A stretch of DNA of 64,000 nucleotides from a virus (taxonomy: Duplodnaviria > Heunggongvirae > Uroviricota > Caudoviricetes): IMG/VR virus record IMGVR_UViG_3300032579_000006; one strand, written 5' to 3'. Position numbers and translations under genes: made by a program. The notes beneath the pieces were generated by a model, which was given only the letters and a program-made list of their open reading frames with translations, was not told the DNA's origin and ran no database searches. Below are positions 47,835 through 58,500 of this stretch, piece after piece; the stretch's first letter is position 1, and every line of letters starts with the position of its first letter.

Positions 47835-48134
47835 ATGAAGTTTGAAGAAAACGAAGTGTACTCGTTCAAGATGCACAGCGGCGAAGAAATGATCGCAACG
47901 TATTTGGGTATGGACGGTGATGAATTGATCATTCACAATCCGGTATCAGTCGCACCTGGTCCGCAAGGTATGGGACTCATTCAATCCATGTTTACTTCAG
48001 ATACGAAGTCTGATCCTAGACTAAATAATAGCAGCTACTCACTAGTATGCAAGACTGATGCCACTATTACTGAAAAGTATGTGGAAGCAACGACTGGTCT
48101 AGTAGTACCTAAAAAGAAGTTTATCACGGGCTAA
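47835..48134 (+). CDS. hypothetical protein
   Basis: 99-aa ORF. Confidence 0.4.
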   Translation: MKFEENEVYSFKMHSGEEMIATYLGMDGDELIIHNPVSVAPGPQGMGLIQSMFTSDTKSDPRLNNSSYSLVCKTDATITEKYVEATTGLVVPKKKFITG

Positions 48135-48403
48135 TGGCAAAGCTATCCAGAAAAAACGATACGACGGAAGCTAATGGTAAGATAGTTCGCGGGGCCAGTA
48201 CCGTGTTTGCGAACGGAATTGCTGTTGGTTTGCATGTCAGCGACATCACTCCTCACCCTGGCGGAGGTAAGCATAATGCCTCTAAGACTACTGAAGGTAG
48301 TCCTAGCGTATTTGCTGATGGTGTCGCGGTCCTTCGTGTAGGTTCTGGGACTACATGTGGTCACAAAGTCAATCAGGGTAGTCCTGACGTGTTTGTGCCT
48401 TAG
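48134..48403 (+). CDS. PAAR-repeat spike-tip protein (T4 gp5.4-like)
   Basis: VFANGIAVGLHVSD...VFADGVAVLRVGSGTTCGH...SPDVFV repeats characteristic of PAAR. Confidence 0.65.
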   Translation: MAKLSRKNDTTEANGKIVRGASTVFANGIAVGLHVSDITPHPGGGKHNASKTTEGSPSVFADGVAVLRVGSGTTCGHKVNQGSPDVFVP

Positions 48404-48411
48404 GATAAAAA

Positions 48412-51339
48412 ATGGCTGATTCAGGAAAACAAAGTCCCTTAGGTGTTAATGTACTGGGATCGCTGCTAGCTAACGCCGGCTTCGTCATCAATCCAGTAGC
48501 ACAATCTTATATGGGAATCAGTAGGACTAATGCCGGATACGCATTTGGTAGTATACTGAATAATACAGTACTGCATCTACTCACGTGGGCAATAAATGAC
48601 GGATATGTTCGCGGTTGGTTTCCGGGAACAACGTTAACTACGACAACATATAACAATCTTATATCTATTGGTGCTGACACTATTCCTGCTCTAGGCAACT
48701 CGATGCCACCTACATATACTGTAACGGATCCTGCTGGTGTGTGGACTAATGCTGCACAAGCATACGGTTTACAGACCACAGGAAGTGCAGTTCTTCCTGG
48801 CCCTGCTACATCTGGTTATGGTAACTATAGTAATTCAATAGGAGATCCGCTTGAGGGGTATGGTGTTGTAGATCAACAACAAAATGCAACATGGTACCCT
48901 TATAATACAACTAATCCTAACAATTCGATCACGCAATGGGGATATATTAGACTTCATGCATTGCAGGCATGGAATGAATTTAACTGTAATGGTACTACTG
49001 TAAACACAACTACTCCGGAATATAAAGAATTTTGTGCATCATTTTCTAGTGCAGTTTCAGCAGCCGGTACTTCAAATCAAACGATCAGTACGGTTGTAAA
49101 CTCAAATACCTTCTTAGACGGAACATACAGCAACATGGATGACCTCATGAGTGCTGATATATCTGGTGTAAATCTTTCCACTAAGGATTTTGGTACTGAT
49201 CTAGAAAATTTAGGAAAGGCTATAGACCTAAAACAGATCGAGACGTTTGGTTTACCATCCAACCTACTCAGAACAATAGGTAAAAATTCAGCAGTCACGC
49301 AAGATTTGTCTTTGGCTCTTTTGGCTGCAGGATTAACCACTAAGGAAATATCTGACATTACGGGTGGAGTAACACCAAATGTATCTAAGGCACTAGAACA
49401 GAAAATCTATGGTGCATTTTTAATCATAACAGGTGAAAATTTAGCCCATGTTTTGGCACCTCTACAATGCGTGACACAAGGACTAAACTCCTTAGCGGAT
49501 CTACTAAATCTAAAGATGTTGTTCCCTATCAGCTATTCAGCATTAACTGTTCCAATCTATAATGCTATCGCAGGAACAACCAACAGCAAAACTTACTACC
49601 TCATTTATCAAAATGGCGGCGTCAATGATGCACTAGACACTCCTGCTCTACAAGAATATGTAGGAACAATCATTCCTAGTGGTAAGCCTCCTATTTTTGA
49701 TAAAGCATCTAATCCTGAAAATTATACGGAGCTTCCTAAAGGATTCGCCTCATACCTGCAGGACATTATTCCATACGATCAGGCATTAGCCGCAGGCGCA
49801 TTCTCATATACGATGAGACAAATTAGAAACATTCAAAATGTTGACATACAAAAATTCGCTAAAGTAGTTAAGGGTATTGAAAATACATCTAATCTAAATT
49901 TAGTCAATGGCACCAGTAAACCTACGGATCAGACGCAGATAGATTTTGCGACTAGTGTTCAGGCGCTAGGCAGCGGCCCTAGTGGATCGCTCACGCTTTC
50001 AGACTTTTTTGGATGCATGTCGGGCCTCCCTTACCCATGGCAACTCATAGAACAGCGAATTCAAGAAGCACAAACTGATAACTTGGCTGCAATATATCGC
50101 GGATTATTTTTAGCTGTTACATGGGATCCGGCTATAGTAACAGTTCAATATACTACATATACTGTTGGTCCTCCGGGCCCACTCACTACATACTATCATG
50201 TTACCGGAGTAACGCTCACTCATCCAGGTGGTGGATATATTCGCGGTGATGCACCTGTGCCTACAATAACACTGTCTAACGGCGGAACCGCAGTAGCCAC
50301 TGTCGAAACCGGTGAGTTTGCACAGTCAGTAGATCACGTTAATACAGGGTACGGGAGAGTAACATCAGTAACACTAACATCATCCGGTCCGGACTCCACG
50401 TCTATTCCTACCGTAACAATCGAATGCCCACCTACTAGTACATCGGGTGGAACTAATACACCAGCCGGAACAACTGGTTGGCCGAATCCAATGAATGCGG
50501 TAGTTCAGGGATATATCGATCAGGCTAATGCGGAAATAGCTTCTATCTTAGTAAACAAACCAGATGCTGCACAACACCTGAATGCGTACTGGAACATTTT
50601 AGGAACCCAACTAGCAAGAGAACAGCGAACTCGATACACTTATGCACCTCCTGTATCGGTCCCTAAAGACTTTTTCTTAAACGCATATCCTAGCACACAA
50701 TCGTCCTTTGTAGATTCGCTACCTCAGATGGCACTAGACACTCGCCCTCATATGGCAGCACAGACATTAGAAGCAATTTCGGACTTGTCTACGGTCGGTG
50801 GTCAAAGCCTAGTAGCGCTACTGCGCCAAGAAAGAAATCAAGCCCGCTTGCAGCAAGTTGGTATTGATTTGGATAATAGTATTGCAGATGTTCTTCCAAA
50901 TCAAATTGCGCTCACTACAAACGGAACAACATCGAATGCAGTTAATGGTATTCCAAGTTGCGGTACTGAATATACGTTCCCTGCATGGCCTTCTAATATA
51001 GACGACACTGGTAATACCATAACGCCTAAACCTGCAGGGATTTATACGTCTTCAGAAGGGTTTCAACAGATTTCAGGATCAGCACCCGGCGATATTACTC
51101 AGATTCTAAATTGTAATCCAAATCCGGTTGCCGGCACTGTCGTTCCTGCTGGCCCAGTCGTTACTCCGCCGAGCAGCGAAATAGTCATCATCGCTCCGGC
51201 GCCCGCATATGACCCTAATAATTTGCCACCGAATTTAGATCCAAATTACACTAGTACTACGTTGCTTCCGGCCACTCCTTCTATACCCGATGCAATTGCG
51301 CAGGTTACTGCTTGTAACTGTGATTGTTGGGTCAAATAA
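48412..51339 (+). CDS. large structural protein (baseplate hub/spike or adhesin candidate)
   Basis: 975 aa, Thr/Asn/Gly-rich, directly follows the PAAR gene. C-terminal CNCDCWVK. Confidence 0.45.
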   Translation: MADSGKQSPLGVNVLGSLLANAGFVINPVAQSYMGISRTNAGYAFGSILNNTVLHLLTWAINDGYVRGWFPGTTLTTTTYNNLISIGADTIPALGNSMPPTYTVTDPAGVWTNAAQAYGLQTTGSAVLPGPATSGYGNYSNSIGDPLEGYGVVDQQQNATWYPYNTTNPNNSITQWGYIRLHALQAWNEFNCNGTTVNTTTPEYKEFCASFSSAVSAAGTSNQTISTVVNSNTFLDGTYSNMDDLMSADISGVNLSTKDFGTDLENLGKAIDLKQIETFGLPSNLLRTIGKNSAVTQDLSLALLAAGLTTKEISDITGGVTPNVSKALEQKIYGAFLIITGENLAHVLAPLQCVTQGLNSLADLLNLKMLFPISYSALTVPIYNAIAGTTNSKTYYLIYQNGGVNDALDTPALQEYVGTIIPSGKPPIFDKASNPENYTELPKGFASYLQDIIPYDQALAAGAFSYTMRQIRNIQNVDIQKFAKVVKGIENTSNLNLVNGTSKPTDQTQIDFATSVQALGSGPSGSLTLSDFFGCMSGLPYPWQLIEQRIQEAQTDNLAAIYRGLFLAVTWDPAIVTVQYTTYTVGPPGPLTTYYHVTGVTLTHPGGGYIRGDAPVPTITLSNGGTAVATVETGEFAQSVDHVNTGYGRVTSVTLTSSGPDSTSIPTVTIECPPTSTSGGTNTPAGTTGWPNPMNAVVQGYIDQANAEIASILVNKPDAAQHLNAYWNILGTQLAREQRTRYTYAPPVSVPKDFFLNAYPSTQSSFVDSLPQMALDTRPHMAAQTLEAISDLSTVGGQSLVALLRQERNQARLQQVGIDLDNSIADVLPNQIALTTNGTTSNAVNGIPSCGTEYTFPAWPSNIDDTGNTITPKPAGIYTSSEGFQQISGSAPGDITQILNCNPNPVAGTVVPAGPVVTPPSSEIVIIAPAPAYDPNNLPPNLDPNYTSTTLLPATPSIPDAIAQVTACNCDCWVK

Positions 51340-51396
51340 AATAGTTTGACATCATAGTTCATGTTTGTTATTTACGTATAACAACGGAGTACAATC

Positions 51397-51669
51397 ATGT
51401 GGACACTCGCTAAGGTCAAGAACGGGTTTCATGACCTCCCCAACGAACGCTTTCATACGTTCGTCATTAAAAATGACGGAGAAATCGTAGGCGAACTTAA
51501 GTTCGACCGTGCCCGATGGAAGTCTGCCGGCGGTCCCGCATGGAAGGGTACTCTGTTCAAGACTTCTCTGCACAACAGAACTATGTCTTCTGGATGCACC
51601 GGTGTCACGTATTACAGCAAGAAGAAGGAAGACGTGCTTACCTGGTTTAAGACCGGTGAGGTTCGATAA
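51397..51669 (+). CDS. hypothetical protein
   Basis: 90-aa ORF. Its stop overlaps the next start (TAATG). Confidence 0.35.
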   Translation: MWTLAKVKNGFHDLPNERFHTFVIKNDGEIVGELKFDRARWKSAGGPAWKGTLFKTSLHNRTMSSGCTGVTYYSKKKEDVLTWFKTGEVR

Positions 51670-51875
51670 TGGTTGTTAAACCTCGATCACGTACTAAATC
51701 TCGATCTGCTCGAATTAAAGATTCTGAAAAGAAACTTAAAAAGATACACGAAGAGGTAACTGTTATTTGGCGCAATGCACCTAACCAAGCTGAAAAAATG
51801 GTGCTGCTTGATATACTTTCCGGATTGGATCATGCTATGTCAGCTATAAAATCCCACAAGGAAATTTCCAACTAA
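51669..51875 (+). CDS. basic hypothetical protein
   Basis: 68-aa ORF coupled to the upstream gene. Confidence 0.35.
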   Translation: MVVKPRSRTKSRSARIKDSEKKLKKIHEEVTVIWRNAPNQAEKMVLLDILSGLDHAMSAIKSHKEISN

Positions 51876-51956
51876 AATATCGTTTGGTAATTTTACGGTT
51901 GACATAATCTTTTCGTGAGTTTATTGTAAGAAATAATCAATTGAGGAGATATCGAC

Positions 51957-52370
51957 GTGCTTACTCTATCTGACATCGACAACATGTTTCCTGAAACTCG
52001 GGAAGGTTCCGTGTATTCGGATCTGTTTAAGGACGTTAACGGATTCCGCCCGCGCGCCGAACTTGCTCAATTTGCAAATCTCAATGATTTCCGAAACAGC
52101 TGGGACGCTCTAGTAATTGATTTGGAAAACCAAATGGAGCAGGATCGCAAGGCTAAGCTAGCAGCGGTAGCCCGACTCAACAAGGATATCGAACTTCTTC
52201 GTACCTATTTCCCTCATGCTACTCAGTTGGATATGATGCGTTACCTCGCTGACGCCAACGGTTGCTACAGTGACAACCAGGGTTTCAGTTACTATGATTG
52301 GGAATTTTTGGACTACAAAATGGGCGTTAAGTATGGTACGTGTGAGGAATTGGCTAATGCTGAACGTTGA
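51957..52370 (+). CDS. acidic hypothetical protein
   Basis: GTG start with a GAGGAG SD. Confidence 0.35.
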   Translation: MLTLSDIDNMFPETREGSVYSDLFKDVNGFRPRAELAQFANLNDFRNSWDALVIDLENQMEQDRKAKLAAVARLNKDIELLRTYFPHATQLDMMRYLADANGCYSDNQGFSYYDWEFLDYKMGVKYGTCEELANAER

Positions 52371-52689
52371 TCGATTTGCATTTGGAGTCGGAATCCTTGG
52401 TATAATTTATTTTGGACTCCATCTGATGGTATCCTTAGTATTTCACCGCACACTAATGTAACGGAGATTTAACATGTGTGACGAATGTGACTGTGAGCAC
52501 AAGACTATGGATTTTGATGGTTCTACTACCGAAAGTAAGAATCCAACAATTCTTTTTTGGAATAGACTAGGTATGGCTGCTATTATCTTCTCGCTCTGTA
52601 TGGGCATTGGGTGCTGCACAGCAATTGCCAACCTTCATCAATAGTTATTATTTAAATAGTTAACATAAATATACTCACATATAAGGAGT

Positions 52690-53532
52690 ATGTTTATGAA
52701 AAAGTTTTTTGCAGTAGTATCAATACTGCTAATATCTCTATGTCTTTATGATACAAGCTACGCATTTACACCTCGCGCACCTTTGCCTATTGCGAGTTGT
52801 TCAGTACATGCACCTTTTGGACCGCCGCAAAGCACTAAACCAGTTCAATCTATATGCCGTCAGGCATATCTGGTTGGGTATGACGCTAGTTCAAAAATAC
52901 CAGAATACGTAGAGTGGACACTTACTCCGCAAGCTGCGTTAGGTTGTGTTGTGCGATCAAATGCATTTACCGCTGACCCATCTATAGCAGGCGGAGCAAC
53001 GCCTAACGACTATGCAGGCTCCGGTTACGATAAGGGCCACATGGCGCCCGACGGCGACCAAAGTTGGAATCAACAAGTTGAGTATGAGTCATTTCTAATG
53101 ACTAATATGACACCTCAGGCTCCTTCTCTCAATCGCGGGATTTGGAAATTGTTAGAAACTTCCTTTCGTGGTTGGGCGTTCCAACAGAACCGTCCATTCA
53201 CCGCAATTTCCGGAGCAATCTATGCAGCTGGAGATAAAAAGATTGGGTCCGGCGTCGTTGTGCCTCATGCGTTCTACAAGATTGTCATTGATGATCAAAC
53301 TGGAATGGTAGCAGGTTGGTATTTCCCTCATACGGCTCCGTATCCTAATTTAGGAAACGATCTAACTAAGTATCGTACATCTATTGCCGCTATTGAAAAG
53401 GAATCAGGTGTAATTGTAGCATTACCTAAGAATGCTCAGGAACTTCCGGTAGGAAAAGAATGGCCGGTTGATTTTGGTAAACTGACTGCTTCTAAGAAGG
53501 CAGCATGTGGACCAAGTGCGAGTGTAGACTAA
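52690..53532 (+). CDS. secreted DNA/RNA non-specific endonuclease (Serratia NucA / Endonuclease_NS family)
   Basis: Signal peptide MFMKKFFAVVSILLISLCLYDTSYA. Active-site motif DKGHMAPD (the DRGH box). ATAAATA about 22 nt upstream plus an AAGGAG SD. Confidence 0.75.
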   Translation: MFMKKFFAVVSILLISLCLYDTSYAFTPRAPLPIASCSVHAPFGPPQSTKPVQSICRQAYLVGYDASSKIPEYVEWTLTPQAALGCVVRSNAFTADPSIAGGATPNDYAGSGYDKGHMAPDGDQSWNQQVEYESFLMTNMTPQAPSLNRGIWKLLETSFRGWAFQQNRPFTAISGAIYAAGDKKIGSGVVVPHAFYKIVIDDQTGMVAGWYFPHTAPYPNLGNDLTKYRTSIAAIEKESGVIVALPKNAQELPVGKEWPVDFGKLTASKKAACGPSASVD

Positions 53533-53706
53533 CAAAAATACAGGTGTTATTTCAATAGCACCTGTATTTTGCGCAATAAATAGCTTGAGAGGTGGCTGAC
53601 ATGAATCTAAACAATATGGGCGCCGGACGAAAGCTGTTAAATCAAATATTAATGCAAGGTAAGTTACGGACGATGGGTTGGTCTCCGCAGCAGCAGCAAG
53701 AAACAC

Positions 53707-54018
53707 TTGCTAAACAAAAAAATCCACATAACCCTAAATCAAGGCCAACCAATCGTGAGTGATTCCGAAAGCAGACTTAAGAAATCTAAACGTAGAGCAG
53801 CGGCGAACACCGCAGCCAAGAAACAATACAGTATCGCAAAATCACATGGAATGAATCCTGATCCTAACAAAATGCATCGGTACGCAAAAATGCATTCTTT
53901 GAATTGCGGAGATCCAAATTGTATGATGTGTGGAAATCCTCGTAAGTTTTTCAATGAAATAACTATGCAGGAGAAAAAATTTATTGATGGTGTCGATTTT
54001 GGGTACAAAGACGATTGA
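53707..54018 (+). CDS. basic protein with C-terminal zinc-ribbon-like CGDPNC..CGNP
   Basis: TTG start in the ORF track; the true start is uncertain. Confidence 0.3.
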   Translation: MLNKKIHITLNQGQPIVSDSESRLKKSKRRAAANTAAKKQYSIAKSHGMNPDPNKMHRYAKMHSLNCGDPNCMMCGNPRKFFNEITMQEKKFIDGVDFGYKDD

Positions 54019-54346
54019 CTTTACGTCTAGTCGCTGATAAATTGTAGTTATCGATACAGAGAAGGCTCTGTACGAAACTAAGAGGCTACCTGTGAATAAG
54101 AAATCAGTATATGGTTTTCTAATCGAGTTCATCAAGGGTTTTGCAGTAGTTATGGTTCCTCTTATGTTATGGTTCCTCTTATTTGGTTCCGTGCTATCAT
54201 GCCCTGGATGATTAACATTCACAACGACTTCGCGATCTTCGGCGCACTGCTGGGAACCATGCTCGTTGTGATTCTTACCGCAACACTAATCATTGAATTT
54301 GTGTTCAATATTATCAAACAACCTCAATCAAAGGACTAATCAAACT

Positions 54347-55195
54347 ATGAATAACATTAAGACGGTTCTTATCGTCGGTGCTGCCGCTGCGGCTCTTGCT
54401 GCATGTGGTCAAGTGCAACCCGGATATGTTGGCCTTAAGGTTAATCAATATGGTTCAGGTTCTGGTGTTGACCCTAATGTTCTAGGTGTCGGTACGTATT
54501 TTACCCCAATGGGAACTCAAATTATCGAGTTTCCGGTTTATACTCAGCAATATATCTACACCGCTTCTAAGAATGAAGGCAAGGCTGTCAACGAAGAATT
54601 TACGTTCAATGACAAGCAAGGTCTGAATATGGGTGCCGACATTGCTGTAAGCTATTCGGTTGACTCTAGCAAGGCTCCGGTTCTTTATCAGAAGTTCCGC
54701 TCTACTGCCGAAGGTCTTGTCGAAAATCAAATTCGTAACGAAATTCGTAACGATCTGAACGACATTGCTTCTGCCTATGCGGTCGATGAAATCTTCGGTC
54801 CTAAGAAGAAGGAACTGTTGGATAAGGTGCAGGTTGAAGTCGCTGCTCACTTCAAGCCTTACGGTCTGAACATCGAGCGTCTGACTTGGGCGAATACTAT
54901 TCGTATGCCCCAATCGATTCACGATCAAATCAACCAACGTATCGCTAACGAACAGCAAGCTAAGGCTGCTGAGGCTAACGTGATCACGGTTGAAGCCAAT
55001 GCTCGCTCTGCGGTTGCTAAGGCTAAGGGTGAAGCTGATGCTAACGCACTGCTTGCTCAATCGATTAAGGCTAGCCCAGAACTCGTCAAGCTTCGTGCGA
55101 TTGAAGCCTGGAAGGAAACTGGTGGTAAGATGCCGACTTATGTTGGCGCTGGGGCTGAAATCCCGATCATCGGCAATCTGATGAAGGGTAACTAG
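54347..55195 (+). CDS. SPFH/band-7 domain lipoprotein
   Basis: Lipoprotein signal MNNIKTVLIVGAAAAALAAC. SPFH-like body (prohibitin/stomatin/HflC family pattern). Confidence 0.6.
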   Translation: MNNIKTVLIVGAAAAALAACGQVQPGYVGLKVNQYGSGSGVDPNVLGVGTYFTPMGTQIIEFPVYTQQYIYTASKNEGKAVNEEFTFNDKQGLNMGADIAVSYSVDSSKAPVLYQKFRSTAEGLVENQIRNEIRNDLNDIASAYAVDEIFGPKKKELLDKVQVEVAAHFKPYGLNIERLTWANTIRMPQSIHDQINQRIANEQQAKAAEANVITVEANARSAVAKAKGEADANALLAQSIKASPELVKLRAIEAWKETGGKMPTYVGAGAEIPIIGNLMKGN

Positions 55196-55196
55196 T

Positions 55197-55481
55197 ATGG
55201 CCCGCATGCTATCGATGATTATCGGGCTTGCTTCTATCGTGGCGCTAGCGGGGTGTAATAAACCCGCTAGCGGTTCGTTTGTTCAGCAAGGCTCTGATAC
55301 ATCAAGCGATCCTTCAATCCCTGCTGATTACAAGCTAGCTAATCCATGCCCACCAGGAGTTCCTTCGGTTTACTTGCGCCCGGACGGGTCTTACGTGGTC
55401 AAGAACTCAGAAGATCATGATAACTTTATTGTGATCGCTCAGACACCAGAAGATTTCTGTAAGTCTTTCCAAAAGAACTAG
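55197..55481 (+). CDS. small lipoprotein
   Basis: MARMLSMIIGLASIVALAGC lipobox. Coupled to the upstream gene (TAGTATG). Confidence 0.45.
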   Translation: MARMLSMIIGLASIVALAGCNKPASGSFVQQGSDTSSDPSIPADYKLANPCPPGVPSVYLRPDGSYVVKNSEDHDNFIVIAQTPEDFCKSFQKN

Positions 55482-55545
55482 TTATACATAATATGTGCTA
55501 AATACTTGACAATAAGAGGATTATTGCCATTTAGGACATAAAAAA

Positions 55546-58500
55546 ATGAAGCACGCGAAGGCTATTTTACTAGCAGTTACCGCTATAGTTTCCACACTCA
55601 CACTCACAGCTTGCTTTACATCTAGACAACAAACTGCAAACGCAGAAAATATTCCAAACAATCCTGACTACAATTGGGACGTTCGTCCGATTTTGTCACA
55701 AAATTGCTTTGCTTGTCACGGGCAAGGAACACAGAAGGCTGGTCTACGGTTAGACATACAAAAAGCCGCTTACGATTCCATACCAGAAGACAAAACCAAA
55801 CACGCTTTTGTTCCGGGTAATCCTAGTAAAAGCGAGGCATTTAAACGCATTACTTCGACTGATGCAGACTACAGAATGCCACCTAAAGATTCTCATAAAA
55901 CCCTGTCTGCACATGAAATCGCAATTATAAAGCGATGGATTGAACAAGGTGCTCACTATAAACAACACTGGGCATACATAACACCGACAGTAGTAAAGCC
56001 AGAAAGAACTAAATGGGACAAGCAAGCTGTCAACGCCATTGATCGATATATCTATGCCAAATTAGCTACAGAAGGGTTATCTCCTTCTGCGGAAGCGGAC
56101 AAAGAAACGCTTATAAATCGTGTTTATCTAGACCTAACTGGACTTCCTCCCTCGCTTCAAGAAGTAGATGCATTTATCAATGACACCTCTCCTAATGCTT
56201 ACGAGAAGATAGTAGATCATCTTTTATCATCTACCGAGTATGCAGAACGCCAAACAAATATTTGGATGGATGTTGCTCGGTATGCAGACAGCCGCGGAGG
56301 ACTAAATGACGGGGAACGAGGAATCAGTTTCCCGTATCGTGATTGGGTCATCAATGCGTTTAAACGCAACATGCCTTATGATGAGTTTGTGACCTGGCAG
56401 CTTGCCGGCGATAAACTTAATAATGGTCATCCGACTCGTGAGCAATTACTTGCAAGTGCCTTCCTTAAAGAAGGTCGTCAAGATTCAGAGGGCGGATCAA
56501 TTGATGAAGAATTTAGAACTAATTATGTCCAAGAAAGAACAGAATTAATAGGTAAAGACTTTTTGGGTCTAACCGTTGGGTGCGCCAAATGCCACAATCA
56601 CAAATATGATGTGATTGCCCAATCAGATTACTATTCATTAGCTGGATTCTTTAATCAGATGGACGAGCGAGGACAAGGATCCGGTTCTCGTGGTACACCC
56701 GGCGGCGCCACAATCGAATGGCCGACTCCGCTGCAATCAAAAAGACTTGAGGCCGCCCATGCAATTACAGTAGCTAAAGAACAAGCTTATCAAGTTGCTT
56801 TACAATCTGCGCAGATCAATAAAATAGCATTAGACACAAACCGAACAACATTTATACAATCATCTATTCAAGCAGACACACAAGCCTATTATCCATTAGA
56901 TGCAGGGTACAAAGATTCATTTGATGAACTGTACCTAGATCCGCAACCAACGGCACCTGGTGAACCTCTACCTAATCAAAAAAATAACTTTCCCGGATTA
57001 ACTGCGGCTCAAGTTACTGCCATATTACAAAATAAAATTCTTGCAGATGTAAAGGTCGGTAAACCAACTCCTAGTATGACACCTAAAGATGATTCTATGT
57101 CTCCTAAAACCATCAAGTCTTCAGATATAAAGGACCCTAAAAAAGCACCCCTTCGCCGCTCACGATTCGGCGGTATGGACGGAGACATTGCTGCAATGAA
57201 GGCGGACCCTAATCTTCCGAGAATAGCTTCTCATGAAATCGATTGGGCTATGGAACAGCTTGTAGCATCCGGATTTACTGATGATCGTTTAGGAGACCCA
57301 CAACGTATCATGAAACGTCAACTTCCACAATGGATTCATGAAGATTCACTGTTGTGGACAGATGCAGGGATTCAGGGTGAAAAGCGTGGATTTGTAAGTA
57401 ATGTAAAGTTTGTTTCCGGTCACAAGGGACAGGGAATTCAACTAAAAGATTCAGTTTTTGCTGCGGACAAAAGTGTAGGTATGTTTGAAAGAACTCAACC
57501 ATACACATTAGATTTTTGGTTGAAGCTTCCAAAGAAACCATATTACGACAATACTCGTCCATTAGGACCGTCTGCATCTATAATTTATAACAACGGCGGC
57601 ATTGAAGGGCTTGGTTATGAATTAACCATGTCTAATAATAAAATGGCATATTCTATTACTCACCAAGCTCCAACCGACATGCTTAGAATTTCTACGATTC
57701 AAGATGTTCCCACAGGTCGTTGGGTTCATATAACTTCTACTTATGACGGTAACTCCAAAGCGGCTGGTATGCATCTATATTTTGATGGTGTAGAACAAAA
57801 AGCTCAAATTGATCATGACCACTTAACACGTAGCGCATTTCCGCGCGGCGGAAACAGTCAGTTTGTGAGTTATTTTGGGTTGTCTGCTGGAGTTAACTTT
57901 AATAGACCGGAATTAGTAGACGGCGCCATTGATGAGCTACGTGTGATTACACGGGCATTGACTCCTACGGAAATTACTTATCTGCAGGATCCTGCACTAC
58001 TTAAACAAGTTCCGGCACAGCAAGCAATATCTGATATGAAGTTAATTATGGCTGAACTGGATCCTGCGGTTCAACGAGCCTGGCAAGAGATGACAGATGC
58101 ACGACTTGCTGAACAACGCATAGAAACTCCGATCTATCGTGTCATGGTTGCAGGAGATCAGGCTATTCCTCGTAAAAACTTCGTGTTAGATCGTGGGGTC
58201 TATAACAGCTATCTACAAGAAGTAAAACCTCAGGCACCGAACCGAGTATTTGCATGGAACGAAACTTTACCTAGAGACCGTTTGGGACTAACTGAATGGA
58301 TGTTTGATCCGAAAAATCCGCTCGTTGCTAGGGTTTATGTAAACCGCATATGGCAAAATCATTTCGGTACTGGTATAGTTCAAACGGTAGATGATTTTGG
58401 TACACAAGGAACTAATCCAACTCATTCGGAACTACTTGATTACCTAGCCGTAGAGTTTATTAGGTCTGGTTGGGATATAAAGCACATACAAAAACTAATA

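Noticed and set aside
54482-55207. 241-aa minus-strand ORF opposite the SPFH lipoprotein gene
   Set aside because: The sense strand has a lipobox, an SD and SPFH-like sequence. The antisense product is Ser/Leu/Arg-rich nonsense.
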